NCBI GenBank assembly: GCA_036676395.1
Contig: JAKFCY010000002.1
Span: 64,001-128,000, forward strand
Reading direction: 5' to 3'
Length of the DNA: 64,000 nucleotides
Source of the DNA: Bdellovibrio sp.
GTDB lineage: Bacteria; Bdellovibrionota; Bdellovibrionia; Bdellovibrionales; Bdellovibrionaceae
Numbering within the stretch: position 1 is the first letter of the stretch; each line of letters starts with the position of its first letter. A model generated the notes under the pieces. That model saw only the letters and a list, made by a program, of their open reading frames with translations, had not been told where the DNA came from and made no database searches. Shown here one piece after another: positions 1 through 10,660 of this stretch. A program made the translations under genes and the position numbers.

Positions 1-1388
1 GCTTATCAGAAGCAAAGACTGTTGAAGTTTGGAAAGCTCCACGCATCTATTTAAAAAAGCCTTTACCGCGTGATCGCTTAAAAACTAATGAGCCTTACGA
101 ATTTATTTGGACCACTGAAAAAGGTGTTAAAACGTACCGCGTTCAGTTTTCTTCTAATCAAGCACCATTGAAACAAGAAAAAGCCGACCAAAATTATACG
201 ACCATAAAGTTTGACCAAGAACAGGATTTAAAGTGGCAAGTGCAAGGCGAAGATGAAGAGGGCTTTGTTATTCCGCCGTTATATGACAATGAAATTTACT
301 TGCGTGATGAACCCCTGGCTGCCCCTAAGCTTAAAGTTCCTGATGTAAAAAAAGGCGCATTTTATCAACCGAAGTGGCATTGGTTGTATGCAGCTATTTT
401 TCAACAAGCGCAGGCCAAAGTTGATAATTATGAAATTGATTTCGCCTGGGAGCCCGTTGCCGGTGCCGATCAGTATATTTTAGAAGTTTCAACAACCCCG
501 GATTTTCGCCAGCCTGAATTAATTAAAACATTATCAAGCACCACTTATGTGTGGAAAAAAGTAAAGTTTAAAAAGTATTACTGGCGCGTGGCTGCCGGAA
601 GCGCCAAAGGCCGCATGGGATTATTTTCTGAGCCAATGGAATTACAATTAGACGAAATCAAAATTGTTAACATTCCAGCGCCAGAGCCACCAGCTGAAGC
701 TAAAGTAGAAACCGAGCCAGCGATTGAACCAGTTGCCAGTGAAGAAAAAAAATCATTTTCAATTGAATTGCCAGAAATTCCGTCGGGGTGGGGAATTGCG
801 TTAGCGCCAAGTTATAAGTATTCAAAAACCTCTGGTGAAAAAGAAACTCATATCGACTTACAGGGTATGGTGCCTTTTGGTGTCCAGTTAAGTTTTAAAA
901 CCGACTGGATTAATAATCATAATTATCATGTTAACTTTTGGACCAGCCATCAAACATGGAAGCCAACGCCTGAAGTTGAATTTCCATTTCAAGATAATTT
1001 AAAAGTTCGAGAATCGATATTAACATTCGATCGCGGAACTTTAAATGAACAAAATCGTCTGGGTCTGATTTTACATGAAAATTTTATAGCGAAAAGAAAA
1101 ACCGAAGAATCAATAACGATTCAATCACAGATTTTATTCGGAATTCGCACTTCGTGGTTATTTAATCCTGACGAGCACTGGCAAAATACAGCTGGTCTTT
1201 CGCTTTTAACATCCGGCAAAGTTCATGAATTGATGTTTGATGTTCAAAGTAAAAGATACTTATCAAATAAAGACAGTAAATATAGATGGTCTGTAGGTGT
1301 TGGTGCAAATGCTGTACACCAAACGCACACTAATGATGGCGGCTTGCAAAGCGATCTTATTTTTTTACTGGGGCTTGAGCAGTTTTAG
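1..1388 (+). CDS. 5'-truncated exported protein with fibronectin-III-like repeats and probable C-terminal outer-membrane beta-barrel
   Basis: Frame is open from position 3, so the start lies upstream of the window. FN3-like motifs (FAWEPVAGADQYILEVS, YYWRVAA), a Pro/Glu linker, amphipathic beta-strands and a terminal Phe (LGLEQF). Confidence 0.65.
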   Translation, partial: LSEAKTVEVWKAPRIYLKKPLPRDRLKTNEPYEFIWTTEKGVKTYRVQFSSNQAPLKQEKADQNYTTIKFDQEQDLKWQVQGEDEEGFVIPPLYDNEIYLRDEPLAAPKLKVPDVKKGAFYQPKWHWLYAAIFQQAQAKVDNYEIDFAWEPVAGADQYILEVSTTPDFRQPELIKTLSSTTYVWKKVKFKKYYWRVAAGSAKGRMGLFSEPMELQLDEIKIVNIPAPEPPAEAKVETEPAIEPVASEEKKSFSIELPEIPSGWGIALAPSYKYSKTSGEKETHIDLQGMVPFGVQLSFKTDWINNHNYHVNFWTSHQTWKPTPEVEFPFQDNLKVRESILTFDRGTLNEQNRLGLILHENFIAKRKTEESITIQSQILFGIRTSWLFNPDEHWQNTAGLSLLTSGKVHELMFDVQSKRYLSNKDSKYRWSVGVGANAVHQTHTNDGGLQSDLIFLLGLEQF

Positions 1389-2934
1389 ACTTTCGCAATC
1401 GCCAAGCTTGTATTAAGGGAATCAATAATAAAATAGAAATGAGCCATTGCATGTTTTGGGGTGGAATATTTTTAACTAAACCGCAACCGCCACTTTTAAA
1501 TTCAAAATTTTCTTTCGAGCCAGGATCAAAATTAATATACACATCATCGACTATTGTTGGATTGGCATCATCTAAATTAGTCACATTAACGCGGTATCTG
1601 ACGTAACGTTTTTTAGCGAGTGTTGAAATCGCTGCTGAATTTATCCAGCCCGAATCATCACTGATAAAGTCATCATCACTGCCGGCGACATCGAAAGTAA
1701 TATCAGAACTTGCAGGATTAGCTGTGATCGAAGTGTAAGTCGCAAGAGTTGATTCAGTGTCATAACTTTTACTGACGGCAATTTGCGTTGTACCTGAAAC
1801 AAAACCGACAATACCATCTAATAAAAGTGTGCTGCCTTGGGCTTCGCCAACGCCACCGGTAAAGTTACCATTACCAGCCATGTCCCAAATACGGCCGTCA
1901 GTGGCATCGCCACCGTCGCCCGGAAACGGAACGCTAGGGCTTCCGCCGATTCCAGCATAAGTGGTAATTACATTTCCAGAAACGCAGTGAATATTTGTCG
2001 GTGTAAAAATACTAATATTGCCGCCAGCACCGCCGCCACCGCCGCCACCAGAATCGGCTGCGCCACCATTGCCACCATTTGCCATAACTGCGCCAGTTAA
2101 AGAAATAGTCACATTACCAACGGCGCGAATAATGACTGTGCCGCCACCAGCACCGCCGCCACCACCGCCTTGAGTTGATGATCCTGATCCGCCGCCACCG
2201 CCGCCGCTGCCAGAAAGAATATCAAAGTTATGATCAAGCCCAGCTTTTCGCAAGCCCGCTGACCCGCCGGTGTTACCACCAGCAGATACGCCTGGCGAGC
2301 CATCGTTATTTGTGTAACCGGCACCACCGCCGCCACCAGCACCACTCACAGCACCAGTGAATATTCCAGCGCCGCCGCCTATAGATGTTCCGGCCAACGA
2401 TAAACCACTGGTTCCAGAAGTTGCAGCAGCGCCGCCATTACCGCCAGCAAAACCTGCGCAGCGACCGATACCACCAGCACCACCAGTAGCGCCCACGGCA
2501 GGTGAGCCATCTTCGCCAGAACATTCGATCACACCGTTAATATCAACAGTCGATAAACTATGAATAATAAGCGGGCCATTGATACTTGATAAGGTGTAAG
2601 CAGAATCTAAATTAAAACGAGTTACTTTTAGAATTGGAAATTGATTCGCATCAATGGTGATGTGATTACCAACGATGGTGCCAAATTGTGAATATGTTGA
2701 AAGCTCAAAAGGCCCATGGCTGCCATCGCTGACCGAAAAAGTAGTTTGACTGGCAACGGCCTGAGTTGAATTTCTGTAATTATATATTTGTAATTGAGGG
2801 TGTAAATAACCTAATTCGAAGTTCCATACTAAAGTAGAACTCACTAACTGAGTTGTTGTATCAAAAGTTTCAGTGAAAACCCGAGCATTGGCGGTCATTG
2901 ATGTTAATAAGATGAGCCAACTCAGCAGTTTCAT
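1357..2934 (-). CDS. Secreted glycine-rich surface protein with C-terminal GGC-TM-basic sorting-like tail
   Basis: Signal peptide (TANA|R), long GGxGG-rich core, ends SGGCG + hydrophobic helix + RLRKSK. Confidence 0.7.
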   Translation of the reverse strand: MKLLSWLILLTSMTANARVFTETFDTTTQLVSSTLVWNFELGYLHPQLQIYNYRNSTQAVASQTTFSVSDGSHGPFELSTYSQFGTIVGNHITIDANQFPILKVTRFNLDSAYTLSSINGPLIIHSLSTVDINGVIECSGEDGSPAVGATGGAGGIGRCAGFAGGNGGAAATSGTSGLSLAGTSIGGGAGIFTGAVSGAGGGGGAGYTNNDGSPGVSAGGNTGGSAGLRKAGLDHNFDILSGSGGGGGGSGSSTQGGGGGGAGGGTVIIRAVGNVTISLTGAVMANGGNGGAADSGGGGGGGAGGNISIFTPTNIHCVSGNVITTYAGIGGSPSVPFPGDGGDATDGRIWDMAGNGNFTGGVGEAQGSTLLLDGIVGFVSGTTQIAVSKSYDTESTLATYTSITANPASSDITFDVAGSDDDFISDDSGWINSAAISTLAKKRYVRYRVNVTNLDDANPTIVDDVYINFDPGSKENFEFKSGGCGLVKNIPPQNMQWLISILLLIPLIQAWRLRKSKTAQAPVKK

Positions 2935-2939
2935 TTATT

Positions 2940-3365
2940 TTATCCGGCCTTAGCCGTTTCATCAGTTATTTTTAGAGCCTGAAAAACTTTTTCGCGCAAA
3001 ATATCTGAGCGAAAAGGTTTAATAATATAACTATCAATCGCATGTAGTTTTGCATTTGTAATTTTTAAGCGCTCTTGCGATTGCTGGCTAGTTATCATAA
3101 TAAACGGTGTAGAATAGCGCAAATTATGCGCGCGCACAGCTTTAAGTAATGCTAAACCATTCGTTCGTGGCATTTCCCAGTCAGAAATAATTAAATCAAT
3201 ACGCTGAATGGTGTCCAGCACGTATCTATACGCTTCAGCTCCATCACGAGCTTCAATAAAAGTTCTAAAACCATACATGGTTAAATAATCTTTTATAATT
3301 CCTCGCACACCATCATCATCATCAACGATCATGATAGTCATGCGGCTGATGTTGATCTTAGTCAT
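2940..3365 (-). CDS. Single-domain CheY-like response regulator
   Basis: IVDDD, ISDWEMP, MITS and IIKPF receiver motifs. Confidence 0.92.
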   Translation of the reverse strand: MTKINISRMTIMIVDDDDGVRGIIKDYLTMYGFRTFIEARDGAEAYRYVLDTIQRIDLIISDWEMPRTNGLALLKAVRAHNLRYSTPFIMITSQQSQERLKITNAKLHAIDSYIIKPFRSDILREKVFQALKITDETAKAG

Positions 3366-4674
3366 GAGCTCCCTCTTGTTTAATAGGAATTTTAATTGTC
3401 ACCTCAACACCTTTTGAGGGGTGATTTGACAATGAAAATTCTCCTAGATGTTCTGCTTCAATGATTTCTTTGCAAATAGGTAAACCAAGGCCTGTGCCTT
3501 TGTTGCCTTTTGTCGTGTAAAATGGATTCATCACATAAGGTAATACATCTTTTGGGATTCCAGGGCCGTGATCACGAATTTTGATTTCAACCCATGAATC
3601 TGGAATTTGACCTTCTGGGCTGGCACATTTTGCTACCGAGATATCAATTTGTCCTGACGGAGACATAACGTGGGCCGCATTTGTAAATAAATTAATAAAT
3701 ACCTGTACTAATGAGTGGTGATTTGCATCAACTTCACATTGGTGATATTTGATTTTTGTAACTTTAATATTACGTTTGTTAAAATCATGCGCCATTAATT
3801 CTAAGGCTTCATCGACACTGGCATTTAATTTAATAGGCACTAATCCAGGTACTGATTCAACATTATTCATTTTTTTGAATTTCGATAAAACATTTGAAGC
3901 TGTTTCACCGGCCTTTAAAATTGTTGTTAAGGCCGTGCGCATTTGTGCTAAATCACCTTTCATTAAAGCGATTTCTGCATGACCTACGATATGCATTAAT
4001 AAATTTCCGAATTCATGGGCCACACTGCGGCCAACAGCTGCTACAGTACTATTACGTTCATTAACACGTAATAGTTGTGAAGCTTCTGATAGCTGTTCTT
4101 CTTGTAATTTTTTTTGCTCTTTTAAATTCCATAGTGAAACGGCATTGCGGGCTTTTTGTAAAATCGCACCATCAGTAAATGGTTTATTCATGTAATCCCA
4201 GCGATCAGATTTATTTGGCCCTAAGATTTGATTGATCGAATCTACAGTGCGGTCATGGTAAGCGGTTACAAACACGGCATGAATTTTTGGGTCCATTAAA
4301 TGAATTTGGCGAACTAATTCGATACCATCAATTTCACTTCCTAATAAAACATCAAAAAATCCCATCGCAAATGGCTTACCATTTAGAATTGATGACTTTA
4401 TATGATGAAGTGCTTCAGTTGGATTTTTTGCCCAAACAACTTCAAATTGATCTTTTTGCGCTTCGCTCGGAGTGCCCGCAGTTTTACTTGGAGCCGCTGA
4501 TCGGCTTGAGCGATTGATCGGTACCACTGAAGATGGGGCTGGCGAGATAATGGCTTTGATGCCCTCTGCAATGGCTGGTTCGTCTTCGACGATAAGCACG
4601 CGCCAATTGTATTCGTAGTCTTTTTTGGCTTGTGGCAGATCTAAAACATTTAGTTTTTTTGCAGTTTGACTCAT
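3358..4674 (-). CDS. Hybrid receiver-histidine kinase
   Basis: N-terminal REC (VEDE, FFDV, NKPF), H-box AHEFGN, N box and G boxes (DHGPG, GTGLGL). Confidence 0.9.
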   Translation of the reverse strand: MSQTAKKLNVLDLPQAKKDYEYNWRVLIVEDEPAIAEGIKAIISPAPSSVVPINRSSRSAAPSKTAGTPSEAQKDQFEVVWAKNPTEALHHIKSSILNGKPFAMGFFDVLLGSEIDGIELVRQIHLMDPKIHAVFVTAYHDRTVDSINQILGPNKSDRWDYMNKPFTDGAILQKARNAVSLWNLKEQKKLQEEQLSEASQLLRVNERNSTVAAVGRSVAHEFGNLLMHIVGHAEIALMKGDLAQMRTALTTILKAGETASNVLSKFKKMNNVESVPGLVPIKLNASVDEALELMAHDFNKRNIKVTKIKYHQCEVDANHHSLVQVFINLFTNAAHVMSPSGQIDISVAKCASPEGQIPDSWVEIKIRDHGPGIPKDVLPYVMNPFYTTKGNKGTGLGLPICKEIIEAEHLGEFSLSNHPSKGVEVTIKIPIKQEGAHD

Positions 4675-6749
4675 GCGGCACCTTCTTCTTGTTTTTGTAA
4701 CTTAATTGGTAAAATAATTTTAAAAGTTGTTTCTTTAAACGGAGTGGATGCGACAAATTCAATATCGCCCCCATGGGCGCGGATAAAACGGCGGCTAATG
4801 CCTAAGCCTAAGCCTGTGCCTTCATCTGCTGATTTAGTTGTAAACTGTTTTTGAAATAACATGGCCTGATGTTCATCAGAGATACCACTGCCGTTGTCGC
4901 TCATTAATATAATGACATTTTCATCAGTAATTTCAGTTGAAAGTTTTAGTTGGTATTTTTGTTTTTTATCTAACATCGCTTGCAACGAATTGCGCATTAA
5001 ATTGGTCATCGCCTGAATAAACTCATCACGATCCAACGACACTTCGTCATTACCAACTGCATAGGTCTCTACAACATCGATATTTTGCTGCATAAATAAA
5101 TCAGCCATAATATTTTTACAGTCGATCAGAAGTTTTTTTGCAGAATAAGTTTTAATATCAGAATTTAAACGGCTTAATTTTCTCATCCCGTCGACGATTT
5201 TTCCGATGCGGCGACTTTCGTTAATTAAAAACTGAATATCGGAATCGATAGTTTGAGTTAATTCGCCAAATGAAGCTTGTACCGAATCTAAATTATGCAT
5301 GTCTTCTTGCCATAAACTCCAAGTCTGGTCGACTTGTGAAGGCTGTTGCCAGGCAGCTGCCAAGGCTTCAAAACCACCAGTATTATGGTCGTTTTTCCAA
5401 CTGGCAAAAATGTCTTTCATTAAATTTAATTGCGGTTCAACCTGGTTTTTCACACGTTTTTCCACACCACTTAAACGGGCTAAAATTCCAGTCAGCGGAT
5501 TTAAAACATCATGGGCCGCACGACCGGCTATTTCACCGGCAGATGCCAGACGAGTTGTTTTGAGTAAGGCTTCTTGAGCCTCTTTTACGGCCTGATTTTG
5601 AATCTCTAATTGATGAGTACGATCTTTTACTTTTTGATCTAATTCGCGATTGATTTCTTGTAATTCATCGCGGGATTGTTTTAGTTCGGTGATCATCTGA
5701 TTAAACGATGTCGCTAACATGCGTGTTTCATCAGTGGTATTTACTTTGATTTGAGTCGATAAATCACCGGTAGCAACTTTTTCCATTCCACGAACTAAAA
5801 TTGAAATGGGCTCTGTTAATGAACGCGATAATAAAAATGCGAATAGTAATGATAACGTAATTACAATCAGAGCAAATGATAATGAGCGTGAAACTAATTC
5901 GTAAACCGCAGAAAAGGCGTGGTCTTTAGAAACCTTTGAAAGAATAATGATTTGCCCTTGGTAAGTTTTCGCAAAAGCTCCTAAAAATTCTTTACCGTCA
6001 TCTTTAGTTGCGGCCACGCTTAAATTAACTTTTGCTTCTTTGGCTTTTTGAAACAACGCAGTGTCGTTTAAGCTTTTGGCTTGTTTCATCCAGTCAAAAT
6101 TTGAATGTAATAAAATTTTACCCTCGTGATCAATGACTGAAACTTCACTCAGTTTTACAACGTTTAAAATTTTTAAAATTTTATCGGCCTGAATGTAACC
6201 AACAACAGCCAAGTGATCAGTGGGAATTCCTTTGCTATTTTCGATCACAACGTTGCGGCCGTAGCCAATGAGCGGTGTGCCACCTTCGATAGAAGCATTC
6301 CAAAAGTATTCGCCATTTTTTAAAATTTCTGCAAATGGTATTGGGCGTGCGGCTAAAACCATTTTATCAAAAAAATCAGCATCTAAGCCGTACGTTTCAG
6401 CATACTTTTTATCACTGTAACTTTTGATCGCTAAGCTTTGTTCTTGGCGATATAGCGAAGCAAATACGACAGACGAATTTTCGCCAAAAACTTGTTCCGC
6501 ATAGTTTTTTGTAGTTGAATTGGTTGATAGCGTTGCGAACAAACGAAATTTATCTGACACGCCTTTAAATTCAGTTTCGATCTCTGCTGCTAAATTCGAA
6601 ACCATGCTGCGATTTAGATCAAACACAAGTTCAGTTTTATCGGTCTTGAAAACTTCGACGGCGATTAATAAATATACGACAAGGCAAGTTACAAGCAACG
6701 CGCTCATAACACCTAAGAATTTAAATCGTATTGAAAAAAAGCCCTTCAT
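4671..6749 (-). CDS. Membrane sensor histidine kinase (periplasmic Cache-like domain, HAMP)
   Basis: Two TM helices, HAMP (GDL...DE...LA.SFN.M), H-box AAHDVLNPL, DNGSG/GTGLGLG. Start moved to ATG 6749, which has a GGAG SD. Confidence 0.9.
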   Translation of the reverse strand: MKGFFSIRFKFLGVMSALLVTCLVVYLLIAVEVFKTDKTELVFDLNRSMVSNLAAEIETEFKGVSDKFRLFATLSTNSTTKNYAEQVFGENSSVVFASLYRQEQSLAIKSYSDKKYAETYGLDADFFDKMVLAARPIPFAEILKNGEYFWNASIEGGTPLIGYGRNVVIENSKGIPTDHLAVVGYIQADKILKILNVVKLSEVSVIDHEGKILLHSNFDWMKQAKSLNDTALFQKAKEAKVNLSVAATKDDGKEFLGAFAKTYQGQIIILSKVSKDHAFSAVYELVSRSLSFALIVITLSLLFAFLLSRSLTEPISILVRGMEKVATGDLSTQIKVNTTDETRMLATSFNQMITELKQSRDELQEINRELDQKVKDRTHQLEIQNQAVKEAQEALLKTTRLASAGEIAGRAAHDVLNPLTGILARLSGVEKRVKNQVEPQLNLMKDIFASWKNDHNTGGFEALAAAWQQPSQVDQTWSLWQEDMHNLDSVQASFGELTQTIDSDIQFLINESRRIGKIVDGMRKLSRLNSDIKTYSAKKLLIDCKNIMADLFMQQNIDVVETYAVGNDEVSLDRDEFIQAMTNLMRNSLQAMLDKKQKYQLKLSTEITDENVIILMSDNGSGISDEHQAMLFQKQFTTKSADEGTGLGLGISRRFIRAHGGDIEFVASTPFKETTFKIILPIKLQKQEEGAA

Positions 6750-6773
6750 TTTCACTCCGTAAAAGACCATTAC

Positions 6774-6801
6774 TTATCGGCCAAGCTAATGTATTTACTT
6801 A
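6774..6801 (-). promoter_or_regulatory. Putative sigma28 (FliA) promoter for the kinase operon
   Basis: TAAG-N16-GCCGATAA on the minus strand, 25 nt before the start. Confidence 0.65.
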
Positions 6802-6843
6802 GAAAAAATGCGAACTTTCGAATTTTAAGAGAGTGAAACTAGA

Positions 6844-8010
6844 CTAGCGTGGAGTTTTGAAAGCACTTTCGTCGCTGATCGCATTTTGGCCACCAGGGGT
6901 TGTCGATAAGGCTTTAACGCCATAAAGCGTATTAGGTGCTAATCCAGTGATCGTCATCGAATGCGTCTGGACTAAGGTCGCATCGACTGCGGTCGTTCCT
7001 GATACACCGGTGCCGATATTTTTATACCAGCTTTGGCTAGTTGATGGAATATTCGTGGTCCAGGTCAAGGTCGCGCGATCGCGTAAAACGTTAGAAATTG
7101 TAAAACTTATGATCGCTAGAGGTTCTTCGTCAGGCACACAAGGATTAACTTCTTGGTTAGGAAAATTGTAATTTGTATTTTCTAAAACTTTCCAATCGCG
7201 CGCGAGTAATTCATAAAAAGGAGCTTTAGCTTCAACTGGATCTTTTGTTGAATCAAAAAATAAACTATTTCCAGAGCTTCCGCAGTAGGGATCGTTAACT
7301 GCATTCGTATTGCTTACGCCATCCGGCCAAGGACGCCACATACTCACTAAAGAAATATGATATCTTGGGCCTTGATAATATTGCATGATCATCGGAATTT
7401 TTGTGTTGTGATCCAAATACACAGGCTCAGTCGCGCAAGCCATTTTAGTCGCATGTGTTCCGTCATTGTTAACGATCGTTTTATAACCACCATTGCCATC
7501 CGGAATTTTTAACAGCGCCCCATCATCCGCAAGCACGGCCAGTTGGTAATAGCCAGCAGACTGATCCGGAGCTAATTGTAATTGTGATTCTATATGCATA
7601 CCAAAGTATTCATATAGAGTATTACCATTGGTATTAGTAACTAAAGTTCCTGACTGGGTGTAAAACCCGCGATCAAACGGGCGGGTCGGAATAAACAAAC
7701 GATCTAAATAAATATTAGCTTCAGCAATGTGCGCATTGTCCATGAAATCTGCGATATTGTTATAACGGGGTTGATCATCAGATAAAAATAATAAATTACC
7801 AATTAATCCACGATCGCGCGCTTGTGGTGAATTTGTTTTAAAAGGGTCGCAGACAGTGCGTTCTGGATCAGACTGTGGAGTCGCATCAGGTTCTGAAACG
7901 ACAGTGCTGCCACTTTCTGTTCCAGTTCCAGACTCAGTTAAACATCCAGAAATAAAAAAGGTTGATAGTATGATCAATAAAATTGCTGTTAAACCGCGTA
8001 ACGTACCCAT
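6844..8010 (-). CDS. Lipoprotein with PA14-like and C-terminal FN3 domains
   Basis: Lipobox ISGC; PA14-like LADDGA..L, NNDGTH, YYQGP; FN3-like ATLTWTT...ITGLAPNTLY. Confidence 0.75.
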   Translation of the reverse strand: MGTLRGLTAILLIILSTFFISGCLTESGTGTESGSTVVSEPDATPQSDPERTVCDPFKTNSPQARDRGLIGNLLFLSDDQPRYNNIADFMDNAHIAEANIYLDRLFIPTRPFDRGFYTQSGTLVTNTNGNTLYEYFGMHIESQLQLAPDQSAGYYQLAVLADDGALLKIPDGNGGYKTIVNNDGTHATKMACATEPVYLDHNTKIPMIMQYYQGPRYHISLVSMWRPWPDGVSNTNAVNDPYCGSSGNSLFFDSTKDPVEAKAPFYELLARDWKVLENTNYNFPNQEVNPCVPDEEPLAIISFTISNVLRDRATLTWTTNIPSTSQSWYKNIGTGVSGTTAVDATLVQTHSMTITGLAPNTLYGVKALSTTPGGQNAISDESAFKTPR

Positions 8011-8143
8011 GTGATAATCTTAACAAAGGTGTAGAACTTGTGTGTAAAAATGCACGTCTTTCTCAACTTGGAACAATGGGGCGTTTCAAACCTAGAAATC
8101 CAGACCTGACATTGTCTGATTTTAGCATACAATAAGATTCATC

Positions 8144-8890
8144 ATGAGAAAAGTTCTCGTCTTCCAGCATGTCGCCAATGAAATCTTAGGAACACTAAAT
8201 CCTGCTTTGAAACAGCAGGGATTAAATATTCGCTATGTTAATTTTGAACGTGATCCAAATGCGGCTCCCTCAGTCGAAAAATATAATGGCCTTATTGTTT
8301 TAGGTGGCCACATGGGAGTATATGAAGCCGACCAATACACCCATATCAAAACTGAAATAAAACTGATCGAGCAGGCGTTGAAAAAAGATATTCCAATTTT
8401 AGGAATATGTTTAGGCGCGCAAATTTTAGCGCATGTCTTAGGTTCAGAAGTTCGTAAAAGCCCAGAAAAAGAAATGGGCTGGTATGATATCGAACTGACG
8501 ACTGCGGGCGAAAACTCTCGGCTGTTATCGCATTTTAAAAAAACTGAAAAAATATTTCAAATGCATGGCGATACTTTTGATATTCCTAAATCTTGTGAGC
8601 ATTTGGCGGTATCAAAAATTTGCCCAGCGCAGGCTTTTAGTTACGGTACTAAGGTGTTTGGGTTACAATTTCATTTAGAAGTTGATGAAGCGATGATTTT
8701 GCGGTGGTTAAATAATCCGAAGAATCAGCAAGATATTTTACAATCCCAAGGAAAAGTATCAGAAGCACAAATGCGTGCTGACACAGCTGTGTATTTGCAA
8801 AATTCGTTAAATTTAAGTCAGCAGACTTTCAATAAGTTTATTGAGTTATTTGCTCTGAAAGAGCGCCCCATCATCCTTAAATCAAAATAA
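8144..8890 (+). CDS. Class I glutamine amidotransferase (GuaA-like stand-alone)
   Basis: GICLGAQ nucleophile elbow, HGD, QFHLE. Confidence 0.92.
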   Translation: MRKVLVFQHVANEILGTLNPALKQQGLNIRYVNFERDPNAAPSVEKYNGLIVLGGHMGVYEADQYTHIKTEIKLIEQALKKDIPILGICLGAQILAHVLGSEVRKSPEKEMGWYDIELTTAGENSRLLSHFKKTEKIFQMHGDTFDIPKSCEHLAVSKICPAQAFSYGTKVFGLQFHLEVDEAMILRWLNNPKNQQDILQSQGKVSEAQMRADTAVYLQNSLNLSQQTFNKFIELFALKERPIILKSK

Positions 8891-10063
8891 TTAATGCATG
8901 TTAATAACAACTTTAATGCAATCATCTTTTTGATCGTTAAACAGTTGATAGGCTTTGGGTGTGTCTTGTAAATTTATACGATGAGTGATCACAAATGATG
9001 GATCAATTTCACCCCGAATAATTTTATTTAACAAAAGCGGCATATATTTTTGAGTGTGGGTTTGTCCCATTTTAAAAGTCAGGCCTTTTCCGAAAGCTGC
9101 ACCAAAAGGCATTTTATCTAAAACACCGCCATACACCCCAGGTATCGAAACTGTTCCACCTTTTTTACAAGCTTGAATGGCTTGGCGTAAAGCATCGGGT
9201 CTGTCAGTGGCCAATCCTACAGCCATTTTTGCACGGTCTAACGTAGCTGTGATCGAATGACCATGAGCTTCCATACCAACAGCATCAATGCATGAATCTG
9301 GCCCCCGGCCACCCGTCAGATAACTTAATTCATCAAGCACACTGTCTGTGTTTTCAAAATTAATTGTGTGAGCTTTACTTAGTTGGGCCATTTCAAGTCG
9401 TTTATCAAAATGATCAATGGCAATAACCCGCTCTGCACCTAACATGTATGCACTTCGAATAGCCATCTGAGCCACTGGGCCTGCTCCCCAAATAGCAACT
9501 GTATCACCGGGTTTAATATTGCAATTTTCTGCAGCCATATAACCCGTGGGTAAAATATCACTTAAAAATAAAACTTTTTCATCAGGAATACCGTCAGGGA
9601 TCACTAATGAATTTGTATCGACAAAGGGTACGCGTATATATTCAGCTTGTCCGCCGGCATAACCGCCATACATATGTGAATAACCAAATAAAGCAGCACC
9701 TGAATGGCCATATAATTTATCTGCAAGATATGTATTTGGATTCGTGTTGTCGCAACTTGAGTACTCTTCAATTTCGCAATGATGGCAACTGCCACAGGCA
9801 ATATCAAAAGGAATCACAATGCGATTACCTAGTTCAACTTTTTTAACTAACTTACCGATGGCGACAACTTCGCCCATGGTTTCATGACCGAGAATATCGC
9901 CTTTTTCCATTGTGGGAATCGTGCCATTATAAATATGCAAATCAGATCCACAAATGGCGGCACTGGTTACTTTAACGATGGCGTCGTGTGGATTAAGAAT
10001 TTGCGGTTCTTTAACGTTACGTAAAGCGACTTCATGTTTTCCGAACCAGCATAATGCTTTCAT
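8891..10063 (-). CDS. Zn-dependent alcohol/formaldehyde dehydrogenase (YbdR-like MDR)
   Basis: CGSDLH, GHE, CxxCxxC...C, GAGPV, GGRGPD. Confidence 0.92.
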   Translation of the reverse strand: MKALCWFGKHEVALRNVKEPQILNPHDAIVKVTSAAICGSDLHIYNGTIPTMEKGDILGHETMGEVVAIGKLVKKVELGNRIVIPFDIACGSCHHCEIEEYSSCDNTNPNTYLADKLYGHSGAALFGYSHMYGGYAGGQAEYIRVPFVDTNSLVIPDGIPDEKVLFLSDILPTGYMAAENCNIKPGDTVAIWGAGPVAQMAIRSAYMLGAERVIAIDHFDKRLEMAQLSKAHTINFENTDSVLDELSYLTGGRGPDSCIDAVGMEAHGHSITATLDRAKMAVGLATDRPDALRQAIQACKKGGTVSIPGVYGGVLDKMPFGAAFGKGLTFKMGQTHTQKYMPLLLNKIIRGEIDPSFVITHRINLQDTPKAYQLFNDQKDDCIKVVINMH

Positions 10064-10071
10064 ATTAACTC

Positions 10072-10650
10072 CTAATGTTTTATTTCGGGTGCAAGGTCTT
10101 CTTCGCGACCAGATGGCTGGCCTTTGGTTGTCGGAACTTCGCCGGTTTCTAAATAAGCTTTTAAGCGGGTCAGATTTGTTAACATAATCGAGTCGGGATC
10201 TTCGCCGACTAATTGTGTAGCGATTTTTCCGATTTTTCCGGCAGGAATCGTATAAGCCATATGTAAACGAACAATTGTTCCGTATTCTTGGGGGGCTTTA
10301 GTAAACCAAATGGTTCCGGCTTGTTGCACTTCGGTTTTTCCGACAGTTTTCCAAGACAGCATTTCTGCATATTTTTCTTCGACGATTTCAGCATCCCATT
10401 CTACTATTGGTCCGTGTTCAAGCTGAACTACCCAATGAGACATCGATTCTGAATGCACGGTCAGAGAAACTAAATCTTTCATAAAATAAGGAAGATTTCC
10501 GAAATTACGAAAAAAAGTATAAATTTCAGCCGGCGATTTTTTAATCGTGATTGAACGATGAATTTTTTCTTCATCTTTTAATTTGCGCGCCATGAGTGCA
10601 TTACTATCGTATTTGGTGCGCTCTGTTTTTAGCTGATTGGTGTTCTGCAT
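10072..10650 (-). CDS. SRPBCC/polyketide-cyclase family protein
   Basis: SITI..P..Y.F...[28 protein letters not shown]. Confidence 0.88.
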   Translation of the reverse strand: MQNTNQLKTERTKYDSNALMARKLKDEEKIHRSITIKKSPAEIYTFFRNFGNLPYFMKDLVSLTVHSESMSHWVVQLEHGPIVEWDAEIVEEKYAEMLSWKTVGKTEVQQAGTIWFTKAPQEYGTIVRLHMAYTIPAGKIGKIATQLVGEDPDSIMLTNLTRLKAYLETGEVPTTKGQPSGREEDLAPEIKH

Positions 10651-10660
10651 GTTTAATCCT

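Noticed and set aside
1837..2563. Pro/Ala-rich short ORFs and ccgccgcca repeats
   Set aside because: Shadow frames and codon repeats of the Gly-rich gene; not independent genes or a repeat array
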